NCBI RefSeq assembly: GCF_006345805.1
Contig: NC_043008.1
Coordinates: forward strand, 56,110,001 to 56,174,000
DNA from: Octopus sinensis
Taxonomy: Eukaryota
Length of the DNA: 64,000 nt
Direction of reading: 5' to 3'
The notes under the pieces: model-generated
What the model was told of the DNA's origin: nothing
The model's input: only the letters and a program-made list of their open reading frames with translations
The model's database searches: none
Position numbers and translations under genes: made by a program
In this document: positions 63,193 to 64,000 of the stretch, in pieces
Numbering within the stretch: position 1 is the first letter of the stretch
Layout: every line of letters starts with the position of its first letter

Positions 63193-64000
63193 GTTATTAT
63201 ATCTGTATATTTTTTACTTTACATACTTTAAGCAATGTCTTTTCTTTCACCATATACCTCTGAAATAATCTGGAATGCCACTGTGCTGAATTCTTCCAGT
63301 AATTCTACTCAGACTATTGTGGTAGATAATGCAGTAGCATCTCTATAACAATGGTTTAAAAAAAAAAGAATTTTTAATACTAAATAAACTCCCTAAAAAA
63401 AGACAAAAACGATAAATGTCACCCTTTTCAAGCCTAGCCAGGCTCGTGGGCCTGGTTTCCCAGTTTCTGTGGCGTATGTGTGCTCCCCAGCTGGACGGGA
63501 TGCCAGTCCATCACAGTGTTTCTCAAGAAACAGGAAGAGATAGTGAGGGAAAGTTGTGGTGAAAGAGTACAACAGGGGTCGCCACCACCCCCTGCTGGAG
63601 CCTCGTGGAGCTTTTTAGGTGTTTTCGCTCAATAAATGCACACAACGCCCAGTCTGGGAATCGAAACTGTGGTCCTCTGACCGTGAGTCCGTTGCCCTAA
63701 CCACTGGGCCATTGCACCTCCAAAAAAAAAGACAAAGCATAAAATAAAACATTTCTTTCAGCATTGGAAGTTGCTGAAGAACACTTATACTTCCTCTCTG
63801 TCTCTGTAGAGATATTTACCATATTCGATGGCATAAATGATGCATGGGCTTATCAGATACATTTCAATTTCAACGGCACATAATCAGGAAGAAAATGCTT
63901 TTGGTGCTTCGAAGCACAAAACAACAGAGACTCACTGTAAAGGGAGCACACGGCAGGAGAGGTCTTCAGTGGAAGAACTCCCATCCGACAAGTGTTTCGG

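Overview
AT-rich, microsatellite- and SINE-dense eukaryotic genomic DNA. The repeat repertoire suggests an octopus or other coleoid cephalopod (inference). The only gene I can support is a + strand class IX myosin (Myo9): eight GT-AG exons, 1,100 coding nt in total between 9421 and 43564, which join in frame. They encode the end of the loop-2 insertion (KKQPPSVSAQFQ), the end of the motor domain, the converter, four IQ motifs and the start of the tail. The gene extends beyond both window edges. The rest is intronic: several tRNA-derived and RTE-tail SINE families, decayed DD37D (maT) and DD34D (mariner) transposons, MITEs, RTE LINE remnants, three long foldback palindromes and several tandem duplications. 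Almost all ORFs in the supplied track are microsatellite or repeat artefacts. The most interesting signal is a set of minimal type I hammerhead ribozymes on the minus strand. Three identical ones lie in a head-to-tail array of ~850-bp units (49999-52505) whose units also carry ~130-bp inverted arms, as expected for a retrozyme or Penelope-type element that could release 845- and 875-nt self-cleaved, circularisable RNAs. Two unrelated solitary hammerheads lie at 22053-22152 and 37097-37185, and a half copy at ~10975.
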